DNA of 64,000 nt from Ranitomeya imitator (Eukaryota), in the NCBI RefSeq assembly GCF_032444005.1, contig NC_091289.1, positions 63,116,001 to 63,180,000 on the forward strand, given 5' to 3'. Numbering within the stretch: position 1 is the first letter of the stretch; each line of letters opens with the position of its first letter. The translations under genes were made by a program, and so were the position numbers. The notes under the pieces are model-generated. The model ran no database searches, had not been told where the DNA came from, and saw only the letters and a list, made by a program, of their open reading frames with translations. Of this stretch, positions 39,214-50,828 are shown piece after piece.

Positions 39214-39356
39214 NNNNNNNNNNNNNNNNNNNNNNNNNNNNNNNNNNNNNNNNNNNNNNNNNNNNNNNNNNNNNNNNNNNNNNNNNNNNNNNNNNNNNNN
39301 NNNNNNNNNNNNNNNNNNNNNNNNNNNNNNNNNNNNNNNNNNNNNNNNNNNNNNNN
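39214..39356. other. Assembly gap (143 N)
   Basis: Read directly. Confidence 1.
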
Positions 39357-40780
39357 TCTGTCTGTCTGTCCTGGAAATCCCGCGTCTCTGATTGGTCGAG
39401 GCCGCCAGGCCTCGGCTAATCAGCAACGGGCACAGCGACGATGATGTCATAAAGGATGTAGAAATCCCACGTTTCTGATTCAGCGACGGGCACAGTATCG
39501 ACGTAGATGTCATAATGGTTGCCATGGCGATGATGATGTCATAAAGGTTGCCTTGACCAATCAGCCACGGGCACAGTCTGCCGCGAATTATGGAATCATC
39601 ATTGTCCATATACTACGGGGACATGCATATTCTAGAATACCCGATGCGTTAGAATTGGGCCACAGTCTAGTCTATATATATAATTGTCTAAGGGTTTTTC
39701 CGTCTGTCTGTCTGTCCTGGAAATCCCTGCTCTCTGATTGGTCGAGGCCGCCAGGCCTCGACCAATCAGAGACCGGCACAGCATCGACGTAGAAATCCCG
39801 CGTCTCTGATTGGTCGAGGCCGCCAGGCCTCGACCAATCAGCGACCGGCACAGCGACGATGATGTCATAAAGGACGTAGACATCCCGCGTCTCTGATTTG
39901 GTCGAGGCCGCCAGGCCTCGACCAATCAGCAACGGGCACAGCGACGATGATGTCATAATGGTTGCCATGGCGACGATGATGTCATAAAGGTTGCCTCGAC
40001 CAATCAGCGAGGGGCACAGTCTGCCGCGAATTCTGGAATCATCATTGTCCATATACTACGGGGACATATACTACGGGGACATCCATATTCCGCCAGGCCT
40101 CGACCAATCAGCGACGGGCACAGCGACGATGATGTCATAAAGGACGTAGACATCTCACGTTTCTGATTCAGCGACGGGCACAGCATCGACGTAGATGTCA
40201 TAATGGTTGCCATGGCGAAGATGATGTCATAAAGGTTGCCTCGACCAATCAGCGACGGGCACAGTCTGCCGCGAATTCTGGAATCATCATTGTCCATATA
40301 CTACGGGGACATGCATATTCTAGAATACCCGATGCGTTAGAATCGGGCCACAATCTAGTCTATATATATAATTGTCTAAGGGTTTTTCTGTCTGTCTGTC
40401 TGTCCTAGAAATCCCACGTCCCTGATTGGTCGATGCCGCCAGGCCTCGACCAATCAGCGACGGGCACAGTATCGACGTAGAAATCCCGCGTCTCTGATTG
40501 GTCGAGGCCGCCAGGCCTCGACCAATCAGCGACGGGCACAGCGACGATGTCATAAAGGACGTAGACATCCCGCGTCTCTGATTGGTCGAGGCCGCCAGGC
40601 CTCGACCAATCAGCAACGGGCACAGCGACGATGATGTCATAATGGTTGTCATGGCGACGATGATGTCATAAAGGTTGCCTCGATCAATCAGCGACGGACA
40701 CAGTCTGCCGCGAATTCTGGAATCATCATTGTCCATATACTACGGGGACATGCATATTCTAGAATACCCGATGCGTTGGA
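39357..40780 (+). mobile_element. Head-to-tail array of non-autonomous Helitron-like units
   Basis: Units start TCTATATATAT and end with hairpin CCCGAT...ATCGGG followed by CTAG. CTAG|TC junctions at 39670/39671 and 40358/40359. Confidence 0.8.
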
Positions 40781-40976
40781 NNNNNNNNNNNNNNNNNNNN
40801 NNNNNNNNNNNNNNNNNNNNNNNNNNNNNNNNNNNNNNNNNNNNNNNNNNNNNNNNNNNNNNNNNNNNNNNNNNNNNNNNNNNNNNNNNNNNNNNNNNNN
40901 NNNNNNNNNNNNNNNNNNNNNNNNNNNNNNNNNNNNNNNNNNNNNNNNNNNNNNNNNNNNNNNNNNNNNNNNNNNN
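40781..40976. other. Assembly gap (196 N)
   Basis: Read directly. Confidence 1.
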
Positions 40977-41003
40977 TATTAAAAGCTGCCCATCAGCCCT
41001 TAC

Positions 41004-41073
41004 CGGCACACAGCTCGTGATGCCTCCTCCACCATAGAAGAATTCTTCTTTAAATGCGATAACAGATGTGTGC
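41004..41073 (-). CDS. desi1: desi1 exon 3: (W)HTSVIAFKEEFFYGGGGITSCVP (catalytic His)
   Basis: 70 nt, gcag| acceptor and |gtaagg donor, WHTS motif completed across the junction. Confidence 0.96.
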
Positions 41074-41299
41074 CTGCAAAACACAAAACAATCATTCATT
41101 TCCTATTTCTCCGATTTCCTGGAAGTCTCAGCTTGTATGGAGGACTATGTCAGCGCGGTCATGATCTGCCTCGTCACCGTACACTGACAAATACTCCCCC
41201 TGCTGGACACTGGGCTTATAGCAGGAAGCCTACTCATGATGACAACTCTTTTTAGGTCACAAACTACTTCCTGTGTGACTAGACAAATTCCTAAATGAT

Positions 41300-41949
41300 T
41301 TTAATCCGAGAAGGAAAAAATCCCAAAGTTATAATAAGTAAACTTCAAGTAGGTACCACACTTTTTACCAATCAAGAAACTACTTGAAAATAAATAATTA
41401 AAGAGAAAATATCTAATATCTAAAGTTCAAAATGCTTTATTTGACACCACTAGAACAATACACAAACAACAAATTAAAAAAAACAACACTCTGGAGTGTG
41501 AGGAGGCAGCTTGGGCACATTCATCATGAGCACTGGTTAGTATATATATATATACTTATTTGCACTATGCACTGTCTAATACTTGCTAAAAGCTACCTTA
41601 TGTGGAGGATATGTGCAATATATGAAAGGCCATTTATATTGTTTTTTTTGTTAGGCATATATATTGGTCTGCTCTTTTCCTCATTTACGTCCCACTGTGG
41701 ATATAGGCCGATGCGGTGTTGTAGCTATAAATGACTTTTTTCCTTCTTGCTACCAGTACCTAAATATTATAAAAGGAAATATTTCTTTATATGCATTTAG
41801 TGATATTATGAATGTCCAAGACTGCCCCTCTTGTTTTTTTAATTTGTTTTTTTTGTGTATTGTTCAAGTGGTGTCAAATAAAGCATTTTGAACTTTTAGA
41901 TAATTTCTCTTTAATTATTTATTTTCAAGTAGTTTCTTGATTGGTAAAA
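41300..41949. mobile_element. Insertion with ~125-bp inverted arms and a 15-bp TSD (Penelope-like architecture)
   Basis: aaattcctaaatgat at 41285-41299 and 41949-41963; 41362-41487 is the inverse of ~41830-41950. Confidence 0.62.
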
Positions 41950-42679
41950 AATTCCTAAATGATGATGATGGCCACACTGCAGGTATTAGTCCACCGCCTC
42001 CGAGGGTATCTGGCTGAGGGCCCTATCTAATAAATCCCCCAAATCTATTTTTTCCCCGCTTGCACTGAATGGCTGCGCAGAAACTTAACAGAAGAAGTGC
42101 TGCCGACTACAGAGACAGTTCAGTTCTAAAGGGGATCTGTCAGCAGGATTTTATTATGTTATAGCACGGCATGATGTATGGGCCAGAGACCCTGATTCCA
42201 GTGATGTGTCACTTACTGGGCTATGTGGTGGTGTTTCAATAGTATTTTATCAGCAGGAGATTATCACTAGAGACTTGGTTGTCGTATGCCATGTAGTGCG
42301 CCTGCTCTGTGTAACCCTGCCCCCACCACCGACTGACAGCTTTCTGGGCAGTGAGAGAAAGCAGCCACAGTGGTGTTGGTGGGGTTATACAGGGCTTAGC
42401 TAGATCTGCAGCAGGGAAAACAGGGATTTTATAAGAACAACAAGCAGGCAAGTGACACATCGCTGGAATTAGGGTCTCTACAACATGCTGAAAAGTCTTG
42501 TGAATGGCAGCTAGTAATAAGAGGACTAGGAGCTGTAATCTGACGCTTCAGTGAGTGCTGTTACCAGTCCAGAACACTGCCACCTGGTGGCTACACTAAA
42601 TACTGCCAGTCAGAAGCTCATCACCCTGTCATTGCTGATGGACAGTCATGGCTACAAGGCCTGGCACTAGCAGGGAGAG

Positions 42680-43258
42680 CGGGGGCTGCACAGGGCCCCC
42701 TGACCCGGCACCGCCACAGGGCCCCCTGACCCGGCACCGCCACAGGGGGCCCCTGACCCGGCACCACCACAGAGAGTGGGGGCTGAACAGGACCCCCTGA
42801 CCCGGCGCCGCCACAGGGCCCCCTGACCCGGCGCCGCCACAGGGCCCCCTGACCCGGCGCCGCCACAGGGCCCCCTGACCCGGCGCCGCCACAGGGCCCC
42901 CTGACCCGGCACCGCCACAGAGAGTGGGGGCTGAACAGGGCCCCCTGACCCGGCACCGCCACAGAGAGTGGGGGCTGAACAGGACCCCCTGACCCGGCAC
43001 CGCCACAGGGCCCCCTGACCCGGCACTACCACAGAGAGTGGGGGCTGAACAGGACCCCCTGACCCGGCGCCGCCACAGGTCCCCCTGACCCGGCATCGCC
43101 ACAGGGCCCCCTGACCCGGCACCGCTACAGAGAGTGGGGGCTGAACAGGACCCCCTGACCCGGCACCGCCACAGGGCCCCCTGACCCGGCACTACCACAG
43201 AGAGTGGGGGCTGAACAGGACCCCCTGACCCGGCACCGCCACAGGGCCCCCTGACCCC
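42680..43258. repeat. GC-rich minisatellite (~26-bp ggccccctgacccggcaccgccacag plus agagtgggggctgaacagg spacer variants) in desi1 intron 2
   Basis: Read directly. Confidence 0.95.
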
Positions 43259-43357
43259 GCACGTGTGGGTGCACACTAAATACATCAATGTAGTGAACCA
43301 GCAGCCGGCTGCCATGCAGCACAGGCCAGAGCCGCGCACAGTGATGCAGACACTCAC

Positions 43358-43379
43358 CAGATGCCTTCCAGCTGTTTAC
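43358..43379 (-). CDS. desi1: desi1 exon 2, a 22-nt micro-exon: (G)KQLEGI(W)
   Basis: ttcttctag|GTAAACAGCTGGAAGGCATCTG|gtgagt; phase fits exons 1 and 3. Confidence 0.96.
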
Positions 43380-43588
43380 CTAGAAGAAGCAGAACACAAG
43401 ATGTCAGATCCGGGCTCACACCGCACAGTACCGGCCCCGAAGGACGAATTCTAGGATTCCCCACACCTGACTGCCAAGGACACATTCCACCAGCAGGTGG
43501 CAGCACCGAGCAGCACGACCGCGCTAATCACATCACCTGTCGCCGGACAGATCCATTCAGATGACATTTCTACAAGCGCACGACTTAC

Positions 43589-43679
43589 CGAGCATGACCG
43601 GGCTGAGGCGGCGAGCCAGGCCCCGCGACAGGTCGTACACGTAGAGCTGCACAGGCTGTGGACTGAGGGTGTCTTCCAT
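43589..43679 (-). CDS. desi1: desi1 exon 1 (coding part): [30 protein letters not shown]
   Basis: Perfect Kozak gccaccATGG, LYVYDLS motif and |gtaagt donor. The six exons total 510 nt (169 aa plus stop). Confidence 0.97.
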
Positions 43680-43960
43680 GGTGGCGCTACGAATCCTCAC
43701 AGTCACCGCGGTCCGGGAGAACCGTCTGTCTGACAGCCCGGTAACACAAGGCGAGCTTACTCTTTGTTGGACACGCCCACTGCGGTGAGCCCAGCCAATC
43801 ACAGTAGCCAGCAAGGATGCCAGTGCACGCAAACCGGAGGATGCCGGACACTTTCCTGTAGGACACGCCTATTTGCTATGTCATGACCAATCAGGGCAGC
43901 GATGTGTCAGGAGCCAAACGTGCTGAAGCATCATACCACGCCCCCTAGTGCTGTCGCCGG
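43680..43960. promoter_or_regulatory. Bidirectional desi1/xrcc6 promoter region (CpG-rich; CCAAT boxes 43795-43799 and 43887-43891; CACGCC GC-boxes)
   Basis: Lies between divergent genes; CpG-dense from ~43480 to 44140; motifs read directly; human DESI1 and XRCC6 are also head-to-head. Confidence 0.75.
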
Positions 43961-44015
43961 GTAGTGACGTACTCTGGTGGAGAGTCCAGGAAGAGACCAG
44001 CGCGTCCAGGAGGCG
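43950..44015 (+). other. xrcc6: Putative non-coding first exon of xrcc6 (start position approximate)
   Basis: Strong donor GCG|gtgagt at 44015/44016 just downstream of the promoter. Exon 2 has an acceptor 12 nt before the ATG, so an upstream exon is required. Confidence 0.6.
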
Positions 44016-44179
44016 GTGAGTCCTTCCTGAGATACTGTGCCACTGCCCAGCACGGAACGCGACCGCAGTGTTACCTGGGAGCGGCGGCTGCAGCCTGTGT
44101 AGCCACCCACTCGGTCAGGCGCGCGCGTGCGCGGTTTGTTTAGAAATAACTTTGTGATCTGCTGAGTTCCATGTGACCA

Positions 44180-44755
44180 GTGCACCCGCTACCGGTGCAC
44201 CCACTACCGGTGCTCACTGCTGGTAGCGGTGCACTCCCTACTGGGGGCCCTCCCTACCGGTGCTCTCACTGCTGGTGGCGGTGCACTCCCTACCGTTGCT
44301 CTCACTGCTGGTGGCGGTGCACTCCCTACCGGTGCTCTCACTGCTGGTGGCGGTGCACTCCCTACTGGTGCTCTCACTGCTGGTGGCGGTGCACTCCCTA
44401 CCTGTGCTCTGACTGCTGGTGGCGGTGCACTCCCTACCGGTGCTCTGACTGCTGGTGGCGGTGCACTCCCTACCGGTGCTCTCACTGCTGGTGGCGGTGC
44501 ACTCCCTACCGATGCTCTCAGTGCCGCTGCACTCGCTACTGGTGCTTTCGGTGATGGTCCTCTTGCTACTGGTGCTTCCACTGCCGGTGCACCCACTACC
44601 GATGCTCACTGCTGGTAGCGGTGCACTCCCTACCGGTGCTCTCACTGCTGGTGGCGGTGCACTCCCTACCGGTACTCTCACTGCTGGTGGCGGTGCACTC
44701 CCTACCAGTGCTCACTGCTGGTAGCGGTGCACTCCCTACTGGTGCTCTCGATGGC
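44180..44755. repeat. 36-bp GC-rich minisatellite (ggtgcactccctaccggtgctctcactgctggtggc) in xrcc6 intron 1
   Basis: Read directly. Confidence 0.95.
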
Positions 44756-45337
44756 GGTGCTCTCGCAGTCTACAGTTGCTCTGGAGTCGGCAATCTGCGC
44801 CCAACACAAAAGGGATAAATAAAAAAAAATCTGCTACATAATTTGTCCTGAGCTTCCTGAGAGGCATCCACATGGAATAACATGGGAAGGCGCATGTTAT
44901 AGCAGGAGGGACAGATAACAGGTGTATGCTGCCTCCATATGTGGGGGATACAGAGACTGTGTGCACATTATACAGGGACGCTCACACACCGCACAGTGAT
45001 GATCTGTTCGTGCACTGGGTTTCCTTGTTCTTATTGGAAAGTGCACACTGTAGATTCAGACTTCAGGCTGCAAAACCAGGAAGGAAATGTGGCAATAAAG
45101 AAACGTGGTAACAAGGCAGAGTACGTGTTGCACCTTATATTTACTCTCGCGACGGCTTTACACCCTCCTGGCATTCTCTCAAGCATCTTCTCCTGGTAAT
45201 CTTCCCCAGTGGCCTCCAGGGAGTAGGAATAGCTCCTCAGAGTCCGAGTGTAGGAGTCTGCAGCCTTCAGGTGTATTGCAGAGGCGGTGTTGGTGCGCAG
45301 GTCCATACAGCGCCCAGCCTTATTCCACACCTGGTCT

Positions 45338-46290
45338 GCGCAAGAATATGGCAACGACCACTCAGCTAAGTAGTGGGAAACAGGCCATCATTACTTTAAA
45401 ACATGAATATCAGTCAATTTGGAAGAATTGCTAGAACATCGAAGGTATTCTTAAGTCAGGAAAATAGAGCTTTGGTAATGAATGATCTTTACAAACTCTA
45501 TTGGAAAATTTCAATAAAAATACGTTATTAAAAAAAAAAGTATAGTCATGAAAACCATCAGTCACCTTGATGAAATTGGCAGGCATGAGGACCACTCCAG
45601 GAAAAGAAGACCAAGAATTACCTCTGCAGCAGAGGACAAGTTAATCAGAGTTGCCAGCCTCAGAAATGGCAGACTGACAGCACTCAGATAACAGTCCTCA
45701 TAAATGATGCACCGCCATTCAGTAGTAGACTTCTCAGCATGAATTGGCCAGAGGAGGCTGCGAGAAGCGAGCCATTATGGTCACAGCTACAGAGGACTGC
45801 AAGCAAGAAGACCCTTGTTTGGGCAAGTAACACCAGGACTGGACGTTCTGATCAGTGGAAAGCTGTACTCTGGTCGCATGAGTCAAAATTTCATTTTTTT
45901 TTTGTGCCGACCACCATGTCTTTGTGAGATGCAGAATAGGTGAGTGGATGGTTTTTATATGTGGGGAGGTGTGATGGTATAGGAGTGTTTAACTCACATC
46001 GACGGGGGGTTATTCCGAACTGAAAATAGCCACCTGCCATCCCACCTGGTCTGCACCTAATGGTTTGTGTTGCAACACGACAGTGGCTCAAAACACCTGC
46101 AGGCTATGTAAGGGCTATGTGACCAAGGAATGGGGAGCTGGAAGCTTCCTCAGATGGCACGGCCTACGCCATCGTCCAACCTCAGCCCAGATGAGATGGG
46201 TGCAGAGTGACGGCAGAGCAGCCAACAAGTGCTCTGCGCCTCTGGGAACAAGGTCACAAGTGCTGGGAGCCATTCCAGGTGAAGCCGATT
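45338..46290 (+). mobile_element. Degenerate Tc1-like transposase remnant
   Basis: MATTTQLSSGKQAIITLKHE, RPRITSAAEDKLIRV, WKAVLWSHESKF and PS.NLSP.EM.W-like segments. Confidence 0.8.
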
Positions 46291-47449
46291 GAGACATTTC
46301 CAAGGGGGTGTAGAGCTGTCATCGGAGTAACCGGGGGGATACAACGAGGAATTAAGGTGTAACGCATGCTGCTTTATTTCACCTGTTTTTTTTTACTCCT
46401 TGACCCTTAGTGGTTTTGCTGCCTTCAGTTTAAATGTACAAAGTGCACATTCCAAAAAGGACGAGGTGCAGAGACAGGATTGTCCAATGGTTTGAATATT
46501 GTATATAAAAAAATGTAATTTGAGTATCCTTTCCCTGTTAGATGGGGACGGAACATGAAAAAGTATGACAATTGGGGAAGAAGCACTTACCTCATATACA
46601 TGGACACTCACTTCCTTGGGCTTGATAGTAAGGGAATGTGCATAGACTCTGCAGTCTGTAGTGATGTACACGTGTTCTATGGTATGTCTGCCAGCCAATG
46701 GCATATCTTGAATAATGGTGGATTCAAGCACTATTGGCAGGGGCACTATGAAATACAGATAGCTACAGGGCCTGTGTGTGCTAATCATTAGGCACAATAC
46801 TAGTGAGAGCCCCGAGGCCTGGGCTGGTCGTCCTCAGTACACACAGCGGGGATCATACTCCATTAGCAAAGGTAGATTAATAATTCAAATGGAAAGCACG
46901 TTTCTGAGGGCGCCACCTGGTGGCATGTATATGGCCGTGTGCAGCAGCAGACTTTCCTCCAGGTGCCCCTGTATTCTTTGCGGTACTCATCCATATCTAC
47001 AGGACCGGGTGGTGCTCCACTTGTTTTTTCCTCTATCATTATTTCCTCTGGCTAAGTAACTCCTGAGCCCCCTCCCCACACGAAGACCCCCATCCCTGAC
47101 GCGTAGAGACGTCTTTTTGTGTTAATTACTGAGTTTGTAGGTGAGTATGGTCCGCACACGTACAGCATCTGATAGAGCATAATAGTATTTTGTTTTACTG
47201 TAGGGTTTGCATGGAGTCAGTGAAACAAAAATTGAGATTGGAGCCATAAAGAGGGGCGATAAATGCTAAATGCCCTTGTCTATGGTTCCTTATTATCTCT
47301 CCATACTAAACAGAGCTGAAATATGTCCGTGTGCATGAGAGCAATTAAAACCTGATCTTTACTGTCCCATGGGACCGGACAGCTTCCGAAAACAAAAAAC
47401 GTCCAAAACTCTTTTTACCACCACTTTTTCACGCAGACTCTGTTCAGAA

Positions 47450-49279
47450 ACACCAATAAGGAAAAAATTATGGATAGATATATAGTGTATAGCCAAAATA
47501 ATGATTAGCTCACAGTATTACCATATAAAAAAATCCATACAAAGAGAGGGGTTTATTGAATAAGTGCAAAATATTTTATTTCTAATAATATCTACATATA
47601 TAAATTCATGAAGACACAAAAGAGCACAGTGAGGTCAAAAATACTCTTGTTGTAAAAAAATCACAGTAATAAGCAAGTGCTAGTCAAAAGATGGAAAAAA
47701 CAGGGTATTTAGTTGATACGGTTTTTTTTGCAAAAAAATGTATACTAAGCTGCTCCACCAATCGTCAAGGTATACCTATATAGAGCAGTCCTAACTAATG
47801 TATATAATCCCTATCTGATGCATTTAAAAACCTGATCATCTGTATAGTACCTGTATAAGCAGGGTTCAGAGAGGGAATATCCATGTGGACATGCTGGATG
47901 GAACAGCTTTGATGCAAATGACCCATAAGGAGTGGTGGACTCCTTAGTCTTGTAGAAATAAGAGAACAATTGTAGAACCAGAAAAACACGGGCTACTTGC
48001 ACAATGAACAAGTCTGTAGGAACCTGTTCACGCACCACCAAGAAACTTGAAGACACAAAAGAGCACAGTGAGGTCAAAAAATACTCTTGTTGTAAAAAAA
48101 TCACAGTAATAAGCAAGTGCTAGTCAAAAGATGGAAAAAACAGGGTATTTAGTTGATACGTTTTTTTTGCAAAAAAATGTATACTAAGCTGCTCCACCAA
48201 TCGTCAAGGTATACCCATATAGAGCAGTCCTAACTAATGTATATAATCCCTATCTGCTGTATTTAAAAACCTGATCATCTGTATAGTACCTGTATAAGCA
48301 GGGTTCAGAGAGGGAATATCCATGTGGACATGCTGGATGGAACAGCTTTGATGCAAATGACCCATAAGGAGTGGTTTTTGAAAAAAAAAATGTATCAACT
48401 AAATACCCTGTTTTTTCCATCTTTTGACTAGCACTTGCTTATTACTGTGATTTTTTTTTTACAACAGAGTATTTTTTGACCTCGCTGTGCTCTTTTGTGT
48501 CTTCAAGTTTCTTGGTGGTGGGTGAACAGGTTCCTACAGACTTGTTCAATGTGCAAGTAGCCCATGTGTTTCTGGTTATATATAAATTCATATAGACAAG
48601 GTGAGAGGTGGTACAAAAAATGACAGTCAAAAAACAGTGTGGATAGCTGAAAAAAGACAACCACACTCCTGAGAAGCACACCTGTCTTGGGGAACACGCC
48701 TGCAGCATGTAATAAAGTAGAGCGATCAGTGCTGCGCTCAGGGGGCCAAAAAGGGCCAAATTAAAAGACTAGATGGATATATAGCAGCCCGGCAAAGTAC
48801 ATCCTCTAAGCGTCATGATCACAAATTATCATAAATGTCAATAAGTCTTAAGTGAGATGGTGGTGAAGCAATGTTAGTAGAAACTAAGAAATCCTACCTT
48901 GAGACATTATGGTGGCAAGATCCAGGCGTGTCAGCAAGACAGGAGAAAGCCTCGACGCGCTTTTTACCGGCTTGGCTTCGTCAGGAGGCGCCTTGTCTCA
49001 AGGTATGATTTCTGTGTTTTAACTGTCATTTTTTGTACCACCTCTCACCTTGTCTATATGAATTTATATATGTAGATATTATTAGAAATAAAATATTTTG
49101 TACTTACTCAATAAACCCCTATCTTTGTATGGATTTTTTATATGGTAACATTGTGTGAGCTAATCATTATTTTGGCTATACACTATATATCCATAATTTT
49201 TTCCTTATTGGTGTTTCTGGTTATGGCTTAGGGGTATGTCCCCCCCCCCTTGGCCTTGGGGACATTTTTTGTAGGTTTT
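47450..49279. mobile_element. Penelope-like composite insertion with tandem and inverted duplications
   Basis: 16-bp flanking repeat cagactc(t/c)gttcagaa (47434-47449, 49280-49295). 47450-47620 is inverted at ~49050-49220, 47618-47945 is duplicated at 48051-48375, and a degenerate hammerhead is present. Confidence 0.7.
48949..48989 (-). ncRNA. Degenerate type I hammerhead ribozyme motif (probably inactive)
   Basis: GCCTC-CTGACGA-AGCC(AAGCC)GGT-AAAAA-GCGCGTC-GAGGC. Helix I and the first core box are intact, but GAAA and helix III are mutated. Confidence 0.55.
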
Positions 49280-49800
49280 CAGACTCCGTTCAGAAGCCTC
49301 CTGAAAATCGCTAAGAAAGCGCAATAGAATGAACATGCGCATTTCTAGGTGAAGATGACTTCAGGCTTTTGAGAATTGTTTAATCTCTTCAGATTTAATG
49401 AGACACCAATCTGTTAAATGAAGTGATCTGACCATTCTTCCAATATTTTCTGCACAGAAAACGCTCGGTACTTTATAGTAGAAGTCAGTATGAAGGTTCA
49501 AAAGACGCCCAAAAGATGTCCAGGCTTCTTTTTTAGGCTATGTGCACATGGTGCGGATTTAACTCGGTATGTTCTCCCAGCAAAATATTAAATCGTTTCT
49601 ACAAAAAAACGCAAAAAAAAATAGTTTTTGATTGTCTTTAAAAAAAAAAAAAAAAAGACCTAGCCTTACTATTAGCCCTCACACATGTCAGTATTTGAAA
49701 ACCAACATCAGCCGTGAAAGCTATATAGAGAAACTATAGCAATTGACTTATTCATATCTTTTCTGTACTTTGGAGCCATTGCTGGCTTTGACTTATAAAT

Positions 49801-49880
49801 ACATAGTAACATAGTTAGTAAGGCCGAAAAAAGACATTTGTCCATCCAGTTCAGCCTATATTCCATCATAATGAATCCCC
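49801..49880 (-). mobile_element. CR1 3' tip, same family as the copy at 6884-8226
   Basis: Near-identical to ~6891-6970 including the tail. Confidence 0.9.
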
Positions 49881-50453
49881 TGGCCAATTTTATGTGTACC
49901 TGGTAGCCTCTTTACGGCATCTCTCTTATACCAGGTCCTACGCTTGCCCTACCTCGCTGAGAATAAACGTCTCCATCTGAATGGGTGCATGTGAAATTGG
50001 CCATTTTTATGCGCTAAAAGCTCTCATTTTTCATATTTCTAGTGCAGTAATGTAGTTCAAATTTCGTGTTTTCAAGTTTGCATGTTCTAGCGCTGCAGTG
50101 TGCTGCCCTATTTACTTAAATATATACGAGTTGGCGACTCTGGGTTCAGCACCTGTTCACACTCAGTCTATGTTTGGATGTGCAGGTCACGTTTTTGAAA
50201 TGTAAACTCCAGAACATAGACCTAGAAAAGGAGGAAAAAAGCAAAGACAAAAACCTCTTTTTTTCACCTGTTTCTGGTTTTGGCTTACAAAATACTGCAG
50301 TGTGAATGAAGCCGTAGTGTTAAGGAGACATCTGCCCTTGTATGACTGAATGTGAAGGCTACGTACCCAGAATTGCATTCAAGTGTTTGCATGCTTTACG
50401 CTTTTTTGGTTAAGCATACGTTTCATACTCATTCCTTACAGTAATCTGAAATA

Positions 50454-50535
50454 ATGGCTCAATGGGGATCTTACTACGTTAAAGAAGAAGGTGATGAGGA
50501 TGACGATCGGGAAGATGGAGAAGCGGAGTCTAGTG
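50454..50535 (+). CDS. xrcc6: xrcc6 (Ku70) first coding exon: MAQWGSYYVKEEGDEDDDREDGEAESS
   Basis: W.SYY plus acidic N-terminus of Ku70. Acceptor at 50440-50441, 82 coding nt and a G|gtgag donor. Confidence 0.93.
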
Positions 50536-50718
50536 GTGAGAGGCCTTAATTCCACTTGTACTGAAACCGAGACAACTCTTTAACATTTGCTTCATGCGAA
50601 ACTTTACATCTAGCATTTTTATGTTTATCACAATATTTGTGATCTATTTGCATTTGCTCAGTCGGCTTCTATGTAAAATGGTAAATATTTCTACTTTTTT
50701 TTTTCTATGTTTGAATAG

Positions 50719-50828
50719 AGTTTCGCTTCGGAGGAAGGGACAGTCTGATCTTCCTTGTTGATGCTTCTAAACAAATGTTTAAGAGCACGGCTGATGATGG
50801 GTTAACACCGTTTGATATCGCTCTACAG
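50719..50828 (+). CDS. xrcc6: xrcc6 (Ku70) second coding exon: (E)[36 protein letters not shown]; later exons not found in the window
   Basis: [12 protein letters not shown] and LTPFD of the Ku70 vWA domain, tag| and CAG|gtaat junctions, frame continuous with the previous exon. Confidence 0.97.

Noticed and set aside
39073-41099. ORFs in the Helitron array and across the N gaps
   Set aside because: Repeat- and gap-derived. Only the 70-nt desi1 exon 3 is supported.
42621-44818. Long Gly/Ala/Pro/Cys-rich ORFs, and the upstream extension of ORF 43557-43832
   Set aside because: These are minisatellite translations. The desi1 start is the Kozak-perfect ATG at 43679.
45457-45540. Short A-tailed insert in the Tc1 remnant, possibly an L1 3' tip
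   Set aside because: Too short, with only a 4-bp possible duplication, so it cannot be assigned.
46660-46695. SDVHVFYG resembling Ku70 SDRDLLAVVFYG
   Set aside because: It lies upstream of the Ku70 start exon and the surrounding residues do not match.
8289-50828. Idea that local rearrangements are caused by proximity to the NHEJ gene xrcc6
   Set aside because: Ku70 acts in trans. Nothing in the sequence links gene position to local repair outcomes.
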